Below are positions 28,414 through 38,846 of a stretch of DNA of 64,000 nucleotides, in pieces (position 1 is the stretch's first letter; each line of letters begins with the position of its first letter). This stretch comes from Thermodesulfobacteriota bacterium (GTDB lineage: Bacteria; Desulfobacterota; Desulfobacteria; Desulfobacterales; SURF-7): the NCBI GenBank assembly GCA_049320885.1, contig JBMORA010000018.1, positions 1 to 64,000 of the forward strand, given 5' to 3'. Under the pieces are notes generated by a model. That model had not been told where the DNA came from and searched no databases. It worked only from the letters and a program-made list of their open reading frames with translations. The position numbers and the translations under genes are program-made.

Positions 28414-29619
28414 CTACAGCTCGGCGTCTGTTTTCCGGGCTAACGGCCATACTTGTAAAAGATCTTTTGAGAGATTCCCAAGGGAATACCTGCTGATGAC
28501 CATATCGGCATAGGAGGCCACGTCAGGGAGATTCAGAGCCTTTTCCATAGCAGTTGAAAATTCCACCGGTTCCCGCTCGACGACAAAGCCGTTAATCCCG
28601 CTTTGCACAATTGTATCGGCGCTGCTGAATCGAGTCGTAACAATGGGGATTTGGCAAGCCAAGGCCTCTAAAAGCACAGTGCTCCAGCCTTCTTTCCATG
28701 AGCCCATCAAAAACAAATCGGAAGCTTGAAGATAGGAAGCGATCTTCATCGAATTTTGATACCCGACCGCTATCACCTTTTCCTGCAATCCAAGGTCAAT
28801 CACATACTGCTCAAGTTGTTTCCGTTCTGCACCGTCGCCCACATAAATGAATACCGCCTCCGGGAAACGTGTTACATAGAGACGAAATGAATCCAATAAA
28901 AATCTCCATCCTTTTGCCCAATGTATACGACCGGTAGTCACTGCAATAATTTTATTTTCAGGCAGGGACAATTTCCGCCGCATTTCCATTTTATCTGCCG
29001 GATGGAAGATCTCCGTATCAACGCGGGTGGGAAACGGCAGAATAGCCTTATTCCTCAATGTTTCGCTTGCTCTCCTCTTGAGCTCTTTGATGGCTTGGTC
29101 ATCGGCTGCGGCTAGAATGCAATTCGCCTTTCTTGCTAGCGCCATAAAAAATAAATGATCGAAAATTCCGGAAAAACGTTTGGCCCAGGAATACCGCGAA
29201 ATACTCAATGGCGCTTCCGTTCCCGGAAAATAGAAACATAGATTGTGTGCCGGGATCGTTTTAAGCGCCATTATCACGGCATGTTCCCGAACGAGGATAT
29301 TCGGTATGCCGAGTGATAGTATTCGTTTCTGATATTTTTTGATCTGGAACCATGTGGCAAGTCGTTTCGGAATCAACGGTTTTTTATCGGTCTGGTGATC
29401 ACCACATATGGCGAAATATCGATAAACCGTTCCATCAATTTCTTTATTGAACCAGCATCCTATCGGATCGGAAGGCGCACTCGCCCATCCGACCAATGCC
29501 AGACGATTTCCCAAAGCCTTCATCAATTGTCGCGAAAAATTGAGCTGCCCGCCGGCGGGCTTGTCTATAAAATTGCAGCTTTCAATGTGAAGAATATCGG
29601 GCGTTACAAGATCAGTCAT
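28414..29619 (-). CDS. Glycosyltransferase family 4 (GT-B)
   Basis: GRIHWAKG, VGDG, EGWSTVLLEALAC; ATG 29619 overlaps the end of the upstream gene. Confidence 0.88.
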   Translation of the reverse strand: MTDLVTPDILHIESCNFIDKPAGGQLNFSRQLMKALGNRLALVGWASAPSDPIGCWFNKEIDGTVYRYFAICGDHQTDKKPLIPKRLATWFQIKKYQKRILSLGIPNILVREHAVIMALKTIPAHNLCFYFPGTEAPLSISRYSWAKRFSGIFDHLFFMALARKANCILAAADDQAIKELKRRASETLRNKAILPFPTRVDTEIFHPADKMEMRRKLSLPENKIIAVTTGRIHWAKGWRFLLDSFRLYVTRFPEAVFIYVGDGAERKQLEQYVIDLGLQEKVIAVGYQNSMKIASYLQASDLFLMGSWKEGWSTVLLEALACQIPIVTTRFSSADTIVQSGINGFVVEREPVEFSTAMEKALNLPDVASYADMVISRYSLGNLSKDLLQVWPLARKTDAEL

Positions 29620-30817
29620 TTCCGGCTCCCGAATACACTTTTTCAAACCACCTGCTTATTCTTGCGGCATTTTTACGATATTCAAGTTTCGGTAAAACCT
29701 CCACGAATGCTTTCGATGAGATCCTTTGGACTAAATCCGGACTTGATAACAACTGATCCAGAGATTGCGCGCAACCTTCAATATCGCCCGGTTTATAAAA
29801 AATCGCGTTTTCATCGTTCATGAAATAACCGATCTCACCGATCGGTGTGGTGACAACAGGTCTGCCGGCGGCCACATATAATCCCAGTTTCGTTGGAAAG
29901 CGTGTTTTCGATCGATCGTCATCCCACAAAGGCATCAGAAGCGCCTCCGCTTGCCTGCAATGTTTCCAAAGCAGATCATCCGATACAAACCCCAAAATAT
30001 GAATACGTGTCAGGTCAATTTTTTTTGAATCCGCATGACTGAGCAGTATTTTTCTGGATTTATCGGAGCATGGACCGATGATTTCGAATACGCACATGGA
30101 ACCTTTCACGGATTTCATTGCCGCCATAACATCGATGAAAAAAAGTACATCCCGCAAATATCCATCCACCATGCCGCACCAAAAAATAACCGGCAGAGCC
30201 GACCCTGACGATTCAGTTTTTTCGTCCTGCGTTTTGTTCTCTTCCGAATCAACAAGGGCGGGGACACGCAACACTGGAAAATCTGCTTTACATAACTGCC
30301 GGATACGCTTTTCGATTTCATGCGATATCGGCATCGCCCCTCGGCTCCATTTGAACATGATTTTGTGGTACATCCATTCCATGAAAACAGAACCATTCTC
30401 TGTTTTGGGCCACCACTCACAGGCCTCTTGAACAGGGGGTATTCGCATTGCCCGGCACAAAAATAGAACCCATAAATTTATCAAATTACCTTGGTAATAG
30501 ATATAAACCACGCTGTTTCGTCGATGCTTCGCCAGCACCAATGGCAGCATCATGCATCCCCAAAAATAGTATAGAACTCGTTTAACAATCCATTTCGGCC
30601 AGACCACAGAAGGGCTCAGGTATTCAAATGACAGCCCCTCGAATTTCCCCTTTCTTGCTTTGTTTTCTTTAAATGAGCTGGGCCCAATATGCAGGACATT
30701 GAATGGAATCCCGCTTATTGCCAAACATTTTCCTATAAGAGTGATTCTTTTGGCGCTTGCTGTTCCGATGGGGAAACCAAATCCACCGCAAACACAATAA
30801 ACAGTAAATTTATTCAT
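29612..30817 (-). CDS. Glycosyltransferase family 4 (GT-B)
   Basis: FPTKLGLYVAAGRPVVTTPIGEI motif. Confidence 0.85.
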   Translation of the reverse strand: MNKFTVYCVCGGFGFPIGTASAKRITLIGKCLAISGIPFNVLHIGPSSFKENKARKGKFEGLSFEYLSPSVVWPKWIVKRVLYYFWGCMMLPLVLAKHRRNSVVYIYYQGNLINLWVLFLCRAMRIPPVQEACEWWPKTENGSVFMEWMYHKIMFKWSRGAMPISHEIEKRIRQLCKADFPVLRVPALVDSEENKTQDEKTESSGSALPVIFWCGMVDGYLRDVLFFIDVMAAMKSVKGSMCVFEIIGPCSDKSRKILLSHADSKKIDLTRIHILGFVSDDLLWKHCRQAEALLMPLWDDDRSKTRFPTKLGLYVAAGRPVVTTPIGEIGYFMNDENAIFYKPGDIEGCAQSLDQLLSSPDLVQRISSKAFVEVLPKLEYRKNAARISRWFEKVYSGAGND

Positions 30818-30889
30818 TTCGTAAATGGCACCATTTTTTCATTTATCCGGTACAAAAATATTATAACGATTCGTATAAACATATATTTC

Positions 30890-31528
30890 TTAACCCATCC
30901 GGATAATTTTGGCTGGGTTCCCGGCTGCGACAACATTGGGGGGCAATGATCGATTCACTATACTCCCCGCACCGACCAATGTATTATCGCCTATTGTGAC
31001 ACCTTTTAAAACCGTTACGTTTATTCCAAGCCAAACATCGTTTCCGATAACGACTGGTCCGTTGCGGCCGGCTCTTTTATCATCGCCATGCCAGTCCGTA
31101 TCGGTAATAACCGTGTTGGCACCACACCTTACATTGTCGCCCAGAACGATACGCTCGGCACAACCGATGACCGTTCCGCTGAACCCGCAACTTTCACCTA
31201 TTGCAATTTCTGCTTCTTCCGCCAAAGTCGACAACATGCAGGGTTTGTTGATGCCGATGAGATTCGAAGACGGCAACGAAAGAAATCGACACTCACTACC
31301 AATTCTGATCGTGCTACCTGGGTGCCGCCGAAAAAACGGCATGCCATGGAAAACACATCCTCTTCCTAAAGAAATCCCCCACCATTTCGCAACAGAATAT
31401 GCCACCCCCGTATACCAGTACTGTTGGATCATTCGCCCAGCGCAATTCACAACATGCGGTAGACTGTCTCTGTCAATTGGTCTCAAAAAATGTTTCCTGT
31501 TATTTAAATGATTGTAAAACGGACTCAA
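30890..31528 (-). CDS. Hexapeptide-repeat acyltransferase
   Basis: PVVIGNDVWLG...GVTIGDNTLVGAGSIV...GNPAKII; start uncertain. Confidence 0.85.
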   Translation of the reverse strand: MSPFYNHLNNRKHFLRPIDRDSLPHVVNCAGRMIQQYWYTGVAYSVAKWWGISLGRGCVFHGMPFFRRHPGSTIRIGSECRFLSLPSSNLIGINKPCMLSTLAEEAEIAIGESCGFSGTVIGCAERIVLGDNVRCGANTVITDTDWHGDDKRAGRNGPVVIGNDVWLGINVTVLKGVTIGDNTLVGAGSIVNRSLPPNVVAAGNPAKIIRMG

Positions 31529-31529
31529 A

Positions 31530-32750
31530 TCATGTCCGCTGGTTTTCCGATCTGTTTAATTTCATCAGCTTCTTCCTGAAACGCTTCAAAAATCTTACAG
31601 CCGCCATTTTAAATAGGTATACTGAATACACCCAAATGAACTTTCTTTTAATATCCCGAATATCATATTTGATAATGTTTATTGCGTTCGATTCAACCTG
31701 CCCCCGGAAATGATTGACACATCGACGGCCGGTATCGTAGCAAAAGATATCGTTTCCTTCGATTTGAAAAAAGATGTTCTCCTCATGCGGCCGCATCCGC
31801 AGGCCGAAGGAGGAATGTATCTTATAATTCATTTTTTCCATCGTAATCCAAAATGTTGCACCCTGCCTGTTTCCTTTTGTTGCGTAAAGGTCCATACAGA
31901 TATCTTTTTCCGGAAGCCCCACTTCCTTTCCCACGCCGACCCTTTCAAAAAAGACGTCATAACAAATCGAATCGCTGTTACAATCCGGAAAAGTATATTT
32001 CTTTTTGACTCCGATCAGCAACGGAACCTGAAAACTTGATGAGTACTCAGATACATGCTCGCCCCTATCGCCGAAATTTGTCGTCAGGGAAATTTTCGGG
32101 TAAACAAAATATCGATTGGTTTTAACGATATATCGATTGAAGTATTTAAGCCAAGACGTATCAGGCCATGACGTAACGCGTTCTGGCAGGTCCGGTTCGG
32201 GATAAATCTTGCCTGAATTCGTTTTATACCATTCAACAAATCCTTGCCACATTGTTTCGCTCCAAACCTGACCCCAGGATTGAGCGAATTGCAAGAAATA
32301 GGCATCCGTGCCATCATCCGCCGGAATAAACGGCCGCGAACAGTTTACATTCCACAGATGGCTGTAAAGCGATATCCCGGCTATCTGATCCACAGTCGCA
32401 TATTTACAAATAGCATTTTTCGCATACAAGTAAAAACTCGGTGAAACTATCAGATCGTCTTCTAAAACAGCCACGCTCCCATATTCAAAACTGAGATTTC
32501 CGCATGCGATGATATGATTTCGAAGGCCAATCCTTTCTGCTTGGATTTTGATAATTTTTTCCCCAAAAGGCCAGTGATAATCATTCGCAATATCTACAAC
32601 CCGCTGATTATCACTTTTATCCAGGCTGATGATCAGCGGCACTTTTTCATTATCATAGTCCGCCGTTGACAATGATTTCAGCAAACGTAAAAGTGACTTG
32701 TCTCTGTTATATCCGACCGCAACAACAGCTATACTTGACATTTGTTTCAC
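31530..32750 (-). CDS. Glycosyltransferase (GT-A fold, GT2-like)
   Basis: VVAVGYNR, IISLD, VLEDDL, QSWGQ motifs. Confidence 0.8.
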   Translation of the reverse strand: MKQMSSIAVVAVGYNRDKSLLRLLKSLSTADYDNEKVPLIISLDKSDNQRVVDIANDYHWPFGEKIIKIQAERIGLRNHIIACGNLSFEYGSVAVLEDDLIVSPSFYLYAKNAICKYATVDQIAGISLYSHLWNVNCSRPFIPADDGTDAYFLQFAQSWGQVWSETMWQGFVEWYKTNSGKIYPEPDLPERVTSWPDTSWLKYFNRYIVKTNRYFVYPKISLTTNFGDRGEHVSEYSSSFQVPLLIGVKKKYTFPDCNSDSICYDVFFERVGVGKEVGLPEKDICMDLYATKGNRQGATFWITMEKMNYKIHSSFGLRMRPHEENIFFQIEGNDIFCYDTGRRCVNHFRGQVESNAINIIKYDIRDIKRKFIWVYSVYLFKMAAVRFLKRFRKKLMKLNRSENQRT

Positions 32751-32842
32751 CTACCCGCATCAGCATAAGCAATGTCTTGATGCGATTATCAATTTTCTCT
32801 ATTCGCCCACCTTGAAAAGCTGAAGGTGCTGTACAGGAAAAA

Positions 32843-33532
32843 TCACCGTTGGATAAGACCAATATTTTGGATGAATTTATCGATATCATCAAACAAGTGC
32901 GCATTCTCTTGAAGCCAGTTTTTATCTTTATCCCACCACTTAAGCCTTAATAAAAATTCAATTTGTTCACTGCTGAATCGGTAACGTATCAGTCTTGCCG
33001 GCGCACCGCCATAAATTCCATAGGGCTCCACATTTTGGTTGAGTATGGATCCAGCTGCAATTATCGCCCCATCGCTGACCTTTATGCCGGGCATGATGAT
33101 TGTATTGGCACCAATCCAAACATCATTTCCAATAACTATCGATATTCCATTTTTTTCATCGAGATATTTTCCTTCGTCGAACAACTGTTCGCCAACATAG
33201 GTGAAGCCTGACTGTTTCTGTAATGAATAGAAACAGGGATGCGTGGAAACAAACATACTGGTTGGATGCAGGCCGCTAATTGTTTTGACTCCAGACGCAA
33301 TGGAAGTGTATCGACCGATTTCCGTCTTTACAATCACGCTGTCATCGCCAACATACGAGGCATAACCGATATGGCTGTCAAAGAACGTAACGCGATCCGT
33401 GAGTTTATTCATTCCTTCAAAGCTGACTTTCCAACCCACACGGCAATTATGTCCAAAACGGACGCCCTTTTGCCGATAGAATAGATTCTTTCTGATAAAC
33501 TTGGCTATATTCTTTGAAATGTTCATAATCAT
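32843..33532 (-). CDS. CatB/Vat-related O-acetyltransferase
   Basis: EIGRYTSIA, HPT...STHP, IGNDVWIG, GGAPARLIRYRF, KWWD. Confidence 0.88.
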   Translation of the reverse strand: MIMNISKNIAKFIRKNLFYRQKGVRFGHNCRVGWKVSFEGMNKLTDRVTFFDSHIGYASYVGDDSVIVKTEIGRYTSIASGVKTISGLHPTSMFVSTHPCFYSLQKQSGFTYVGEQLFDEGKYLDEKNGISIVIGNDVWIGANTIIMPGIKVSDGAIIAAGSILNQNVEPYGIYGGAPARLIRYRFSSEQIEFLLRLKWWDKDKNWLQENAHLFDDIDKFIQNIGLIQR

Positions 33533-33606
33533 GGATAATTCAATTTTGTTATCGATTTAGACCGCTGCTTGAATCTATCCGTCGAAAACTTTTCGAAAGG
33601 ATTGGA

Positions 33607-34911
33607 TCATGAAGGGGACTCGCTTTCTTTCGTTTGTCGATACAGGCTCAGCATGGTTATTGCGCTGTATGTAATTCCCCAGCTCTCCTTGAACATCCAA
33701 TTAATGACGCCGAAAAGAAACAACGCAACGATAAGCCTGCCATCCAACACCATTGTTGATTTCATCATTCCAATTTTCAGCATTGATACGAAGCAAATAA
33801 AAAGGACGATGATCAGCAATCCGAAGCCCACGACACCCTGGCCGGCAAGCACTTCCAAATAATAATTGTGCACTCGAGGAATCGGAGTGGAAACTCCTGT
33901 ATAAATAGATCGTGGAAGAATGTAGCAACTTCCAACACCGACAAACGGATTTTCTTTCCATTTTTTATAGGCATATTCGTATGCTTTTGTCCGGCCTGTC
34001 GACATCTCCGCAAATGTTTTGCCCGAACTTTGTTCAATTCTTTGCTGAATCAGTTTCGAAAAATAATCTTCCACACTTCCTGGTAACAACAGCAAGCTTG
34101 TCGATGAGAGCAACGCAAGGGTCAGCATCCACGCAATAAGTCGTTTAGAGACGTTTGGATACATAAAATACAAAAGGCACAACAACGTCGCCAGGAACCG
34201 GGTTCGAGAATTTCCCAGCACAAGCCCTGCGAAGGCAAGCATTCCATACCACATGATCATGCTCGATCTGACTTTTCGCCCGACGAATGCATACGCCAAA
34301 AAAATAAGGAACAAACCGGATTCCCAATAGATCGGAGGCGTATCGAGGATTCGCATGAGATGCAAATCATAAATTGAATTACCCAGAGCCAAAAAAAATA
34401 CCGCTGCTAAAACAACCAAAAGGTGAACTACGATAAACAATTGAAATGTCGCGTAAAGAAATTTTCGAATATCGTCCCGGGAACCAAGTGCGGCCGGCAT
34501 AAGGAAAAGGATCACAATCGACAATATACCGCGCTGATAAATCGGGTTCTGGGTGAACGTTATTGGAAGGCCATAAGGCACGGGATATAAAAGCGGACTG
34601 AAGAATGACCAAATGATGATAAAGGCTGATAGAATGATGACTATACGATAGCGAAAGCCCAAAATGGCGCTCAATATTTTTCGTACATACTTAATTACGA
34701 GAAACAATATTAACGGATAGCACGGATATAGCGTAACAATCGGTTTCCATGGCGCCGACCAGAGCAGCGTCGGGTAAAAGCACATCAAAGAAATCGCCAT
34801 GAGCGGCCGAAACTGAGCGATCAATAACAGCAGTGTGCTAAACGCCAACCAACCCCACAAAGAATTTGTCAATCTTATGAAATCAACATATTCATTGATG
34901 CTTAATTCCAC
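33607..34911 (-). CDS. O-antigen ligase/polymerase family (Wzy-like) membrane protein
   Basis: Many TM segments, NSRT, STGRT...PFVGVG...HNYYLEVL...GVVG motif. Confidence 0.82.
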   Translation of the reverse strand: MELSINEYVDFIRLTNSLWGWLAFSTLLLLIAQFRPLMAISLMCFYPTLLWSAPWKPIVTLYPCYPLILFLVIKYVRKILSAILGFRYRIVIILSAFIIIWSFFSPLLYPVPYGLPITFTQNPIYQRGILSIVILFLMPAALGSRDDIRKFLYATFQLFIVVHLLVVLAAVFFLALGNSIYDLHLMRILDTPPIYWESGLFLIFLAYAFVGRKVRSSMIMWYGMLAFAGLVLGNSRTRFLATLLCLLYFMYPNVSKRLIAWMLTLALLSSTSLLLLPGSVEDYFSKLIQQRIEQSSGKTFAEMSTGRTKAYEYAYKKWKENPFVGVGSCYILPRSIYTGVSTPIPRVHNYYLEVLAGQGVVGFGLLIIVLFICFVSMLKIGMMKSTMVLDGRLIVALFLFGVINWMFKESWGITYSAITMLSLYRQTKESESPS

Positions 34912-34990
34912 GAAAGACTCCCAACTATCAATCAGCCTGACGTTACCCTTTTATGACCACTTTATTCGATGCCCCTAAAAACCGAACTTA

Positions 34991-36298
34991 TCATTGTTTT
35001 ACTATGCTGGAATCATACCAGGAAAAACAGTTGCTTATCAATACCGAAACCATTTTGCAACCAACTGATGTAATTACAATTTTCTGTAGTGTTACCGGCT
35101 CTGAGGCATTCGAATAGAGGAGTAAAATCAGCAAAAATAATACGAAACTCAATGCGATCGAAAATCCGAACTGTTTGGTTCGCTTTGCTATTATCAGAAG
35201 CTGTTTCGGCAGATCTATTATGGGAATCAATGCCAACCAGCAAAGACACCTTGCGATCGGAATGCTTTCAACATATTTGGGAAGTATAAATGTCACCAGC
35301 GGATCGACCAGCCAGTATGTAAGCAGAATCAACGGCAACATTACCACCGAACCCACTATGGTGCATTTTATGCAATACCGAAAACTTATCGACATGTTTT
35401 TACCAGACGAACCATACAGCATGGCAATCCGCGGATGAAATACCTGACTGATGGAAGTTGCAACAGCCGTGAGACCAGCGCATAATGACCCGGCAAAAAC
35501 AAACACGCCCAACGACTTTTCGCTCATCAGTTTTAGAATATAGGTCCGCTCGACAGCTCCCCAAAGACTGGTGGAAATGTACGTAAAAACCATCAGTGGA
35601 GCACCGAATGCGATCATCTTCCATAGTATTTCCATTTTACAGTATGGTCTGAGTCTGAGAGGTCTGTTTCTATGGGCATACAACATGGATATAACGTCTG
35701 GCAAGGAATAGCGGGCACATAAACCCACATAATTGAAAAAAGCCACCAAGGGAAGAAACAATAAGGAGGCCGCCGATGAAATAATCGACGCCTTCGACCA
35801 GGTGATGAATTCGCTGCTGTTGCGATAGGTGCTGCCGAGGTAAAACATATAGAGAGAAGTATTTGTAACGATTATCTGCGTTCCCCAGCCAAGTGCTGCA
35901 TTCCAGTCTTGATGAATGCATGCCCAAATGCAAGGAATGGCAAATACAGCCGCATGAACCCCACAAAGAAATTGGGTCCACCGCAACGCATTGGCGGCAT
36001 GCTGCAATGCAGTATCCCGCTCTCCTTTTCCGATATAGTATGGGTATTGTCTGGCAAGCGATGTAAAAACGCCTAAATGAAGAAAAAACATGTAACCGGG
36101 GAGAATGGTGAATTTTGTATAATATCCTAGTGTTTCAGGTCCGACAAAACGCCCCTGGATGATTCCGCCGATGAATCGAACCCCCACGCTTATCAATCCA
36201 CTCGCTGCAAGCGATGAAATCGAAATCATCACCTGCTGACGTGATTCGCTTCCCAGCAATCGTACGATGAAGTCGCGCCAGTATACTATCGGCCTCAT
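34991..36298 (-). CDS. Oligosaccharide flippase (Wzx family)
   Basis: Polytopic membrane protein, RFVGPETLGYY and LPKYVESIP motifs, position in the EPS locus. Confidence 0.78.
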   Translation of the reverse strand: MRPIVYWRDFIVRLLGSESRQQVMISISSLAASGLISVGVRFIGGIIQGRFVGPETLGYYTKFTILPGYMFFLHLGVFTSLARQYPYYIGKGERDTALQHAANALRWTQFLCGVHAAVFAIPCIWACIHQDWNAALGWGTQIIVTNTSLYMFYLGSTYRNSSEFITWSKASIISSAASLLFLPLVAFFNYVGLCARYSLPDVISMLYAHRNRPLRLRPYCKMEILWKMIAFGAPLMVFTYISTSLWGAVERTYILKLMSEKSLGVFVFAGSLCAGLTAVATSISQVFHPRIAMLYGSSGKNMSISFRYCIKCTIVGSVVMLPLILLTYWLVDPLVTFILPKYVESIPIARCLCWLALIPIIDLPKQLLIIAKRTKQFGFSIALSFVLFLLILLLYSNASEPVTLQKIVITSVGCKMVSVLISNCFSWYDSSIVKQ

Positions 36299-36355
36299 AA
36301 AATCCGTATCGTATATGTCGTTTTTTTCATGGATTTTTTTTCCTTATGCTTTTTT

Positions 36356-37567
36356 TCATTGGTCTGAACGTATTAATCCCCGACGTTTTGCTGCCGCGAT
36401 CACACGATGCGCAAAGCTAAGCGGAAGATAGCAAAATTTGTAATAGTTGTTGTAATCACCATTTTCAATCATAGCCAAAGCCAATTTTCGAAAAATCGGC
36501 CGCGGATAGATGGTGCCTCTAAGCCTGCCGACATTCTTGGACGCTGTAGCATATTCACTTTCCTTGGCGATGACATGCCTGGCCCGAATCAACTGCCCGA
36601 TGACATCCTTGCCTTTCCTTGTATTCGCGAAAACAACGGAATCTCCGCGTTGATCATGCCAATCTTCCGGTATTCCCCAAAAATCTCCAACGGTTATATC
36701 CCCTGATCTTGGAATTGATCCGAAACGGCAGCCGAAGCAGCTCTTTTGCAAAAATAAATGATACACCATTGCCGATCGAAACCATGTATCTTTTCCGCAT
36801 TCTATAAGATATTTATCCCCCGCCCTCGTGATGCCGCAGATCGTTTGAGAAGAAATCTCCTTATTCCGAAAGGAAAAAGACCCGAGTTGATTTCGTCCGC
36901 CGAATTTCCAATCCAAATAACTCCAAAACGATTTTAATGATGGTACCCCATGGCAGACCAAATCCATCAACAAGAGGTTTTTTCTTGCTTCGGTTGGAGC
37001 GATCAAATCTAGTCCCGCCACTTGGCATGGCGTCCCACAAAAAAGTATCGTCGTGCCGGCCTTGGCCAGATCAATGATCCCGCGATGAAACCGTTCATCA
37101 ATATAGCTTGGAATGTACTTGGACCCGCGCAATCTTGCAAGATTGTCCCAATTTCTGACCATGATATGCCGCGGCGTCCAATTGTCGCCCCATTCGCAAC
37201 CGCATACTGCCCCTGAATTGCTGAGAACATTCCGCGCCACTTCCGAAAAAACACCTCCAGACGAACTCGCCAGATGGATTTCCTCATCCGTGGACCATGC
37301 GGCATATATTTCAGAGACCTCGTTTCTTATACGGGGTCGTTCCATGGCTTCGATCACCGGGCAATACCGCAGACAGGCCATACAATCATTGCAGCGACCT
37401 TCCTGAAGCACCGGCCTGTAAAAACCTTCCTGATTGAGTTTCATCACGATCGCCGATTGGGGGCATGCATTCGCACAGGAAGCACATCCAGCACATTCAT
37501 CATCGCCGATGCGAGAAAAACAGGCCGGAACCCCCTCCATGGAAATAACGTGACTCTTTGTTTTCAT
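36356..37567 (-). CDS. 4Fe-4S / F420 hydrogenase beta-subunit (FrhB)-like protein
   Basis: CAGCASCANACP, CNDCMACLRYCP, SSSGG, RGSKY, GTPCQ, DLVCHGVPS, DITVGDFWG. Confidence 0.88.
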   Translation of the reverse strand: MKTKSHVISMEGVPACFSRIGDDECAGCASCANACPQSAIVMKLNQEGFYRPVLQEGRCNDCMACLRYCPVIEAMERPRIRNEVSEIYAAWSTDEEIHLASSSGGVFSEVARNVLSNSGAVCGCEWGDNWTPRHIMVRNWDNLARLRGSKYIPSYIDERFHRGIIDLAKAGTTILFCGTPCQVAGLDLIAPTEARKNLLLMDLVCHGVPSLKSFWSYLDWKFGGRNQLGSFSFRNKEISSQTICGITRAGDKYLIECGKDTWFRSAMVYHLFLQKSCFGCRFGSIPRSGDITVGDFWGIPEDWHDQRGDSVVFANTRKGKDVIGQLIRARHVIAKESEYATASKNVGRLRGTIYPRPIFRKLALAMIENGDYNNYYKFCYLPLSFAHRVIAAAKRRGLIRSDQ

Positions 37568-38685
37568 CGGTTTCCCAGCGCGTCCACCAAGAATTGAATT
37601 GACCGGTCAATGCTGGCTTGAAGTTTTCGGTTCACGGTGCTGTACTGGATCGAATTTTTCAACATATCCCTCACGGCCCGGCCGCTGACATCCTCCAGTT
37701 GCCGATCAAGAAGCCCCGCTGTTTCCAACAGGCTGTATTGCCTCGAATTCGTGCCCGAATGGGGGACACCGAAAAAATTTTTTTGATATAACATTGAAAA
37801 GACGGTTCCATGGAATGAATTGGTGCAAACGATGGAGGCATTCTTAAACAGACCGAGAAACTCGCTGGGACCAGCGTCCAGAACCACCCGATCCGCAATC
37901 ATCAGCCATCGAAAATCAAAAACAAGCGGCAGAACGCAGACAATCGGAAGCCCCGTACTTCTTTTCACTTCATTCACCAGATTGAAAAAAGCGCGGTTTT
38001 TTCCCAATTCCATAGGGTATACAAGCACATATTCAGACGTAAAGGCTGGTAGCTGAACAATCGCCTCATAATCCTCTGCCAAAAGAAGCAGCGTGGGATC
38101 GACTACCTGTTCGGCTTTTCGTCCGGAGAGTTCAAATATGATTTCCTGGGCCCGCCGTTCTCTTACAGACAGGAAATGATACCGTCTTAGATACTCGCCA
38201 AGTATCTTGGCATGATGTTCCGGTATCCTACTGACTCCAAAACTGGGGGCATAGGAAATCAGACGGGATTGGTCGGGCGAAATAAAATTCAGGTGAAATG
38301 CCGCTCCGATTTTCTGGTCAAGATAATGCGGCCGCCAAACCTGATCGCTGCCAGTTATATAGGCATCAAACTTTGGAGGATCGGCATATAATCGTTCAAT
38401 GCTGTCATAGGAAGCCTCTGTCAGGGGGATCTGTTGTCGAATGAAATCCCGGAAGCGTCTGGTATGAAGCTTGTTTGCTCGCCAGCGACATAAATTGTAC
38501 AGATTCGTTATTCGTTCACCTGGATGCCTTGCCTTTCTGAAAAGCCGATTTGATCCAGGGTCGATATTACAGTCAATGGTCTTGCACTGATGGCCAAGCC
38601 GTCGCACTATCTTATTTAATGCGTATGCCTGAAGAATGGCGCCGTAGTTATTATGATTATGAATGGTTATAATACCGACGCGCAT
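37564..38685 (-). CDS. Polysaccharide pyruvyl transferase family protein
   Basis: NYGAILQAYAL, GSDQVW, SYAPSFG, SVRE, DPTLLL, TNSFHG. Confidence 0.92.
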   Translation of the reverse strand: MRVGIITIHNHNNYGAILQAYALNKIVRRLGHQCKTIDCNIDPGSNRLFRKARHPGERITNLYNLCRWRANKLHTRRFRDFIRQQIPLTEASYDSIERLYADPPKFDAYITGSDQVWRPHYLDQKIGAAFHLNFISPDQSRLISYAPSFGVSRIPEHHAKILGEYLRRYHFLSVRERRAQEIIFELSGRKAEQVVDPTLLLLAEDYEAIVQLPAFTSEYVLVYPMELGKNRAFFNLVNEVKRSTGLPIVCVLPLVFDFRWLMIADRVVLDAGPSEFLGLFKNASIVCTNSFHGTVFSMLYQKNFFGVPHSGTNSRQYSLLETAGLLDRQLEDVSGRAVRDMLKNSIQYSTVNRKLQASIDRSIQFLVDALGNR

Positions 38686-38846
38686 TCCGTCAGCTCCTTA
38701 TCGCCAATCCGCACTGTTCGATAGTTGATACACATATCAGCTCACATCGATGGCTCCATGTAAGCTCAACTCTTCGCCTTTTCAGTTCCATTTATCATGG
38801 ATGCCCGTTTCAGCCTGACCACATCAATATGGTGCTCTAAAAAATT

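Noticed and set aside
32843..33532. Antibiotic resistance acetyltransferase (catB/vat)
   Set aside because: Embedded among glycosyltransferases in a polysaccharide operon; sugar O-acetylation is more likely
36356..37567. True F420-reducing hydrogenase subunit
   Set aside because: No hydrogenase large or small subunit genes nearby; it is coupled to a pyruvyl transferase in a glycan locus
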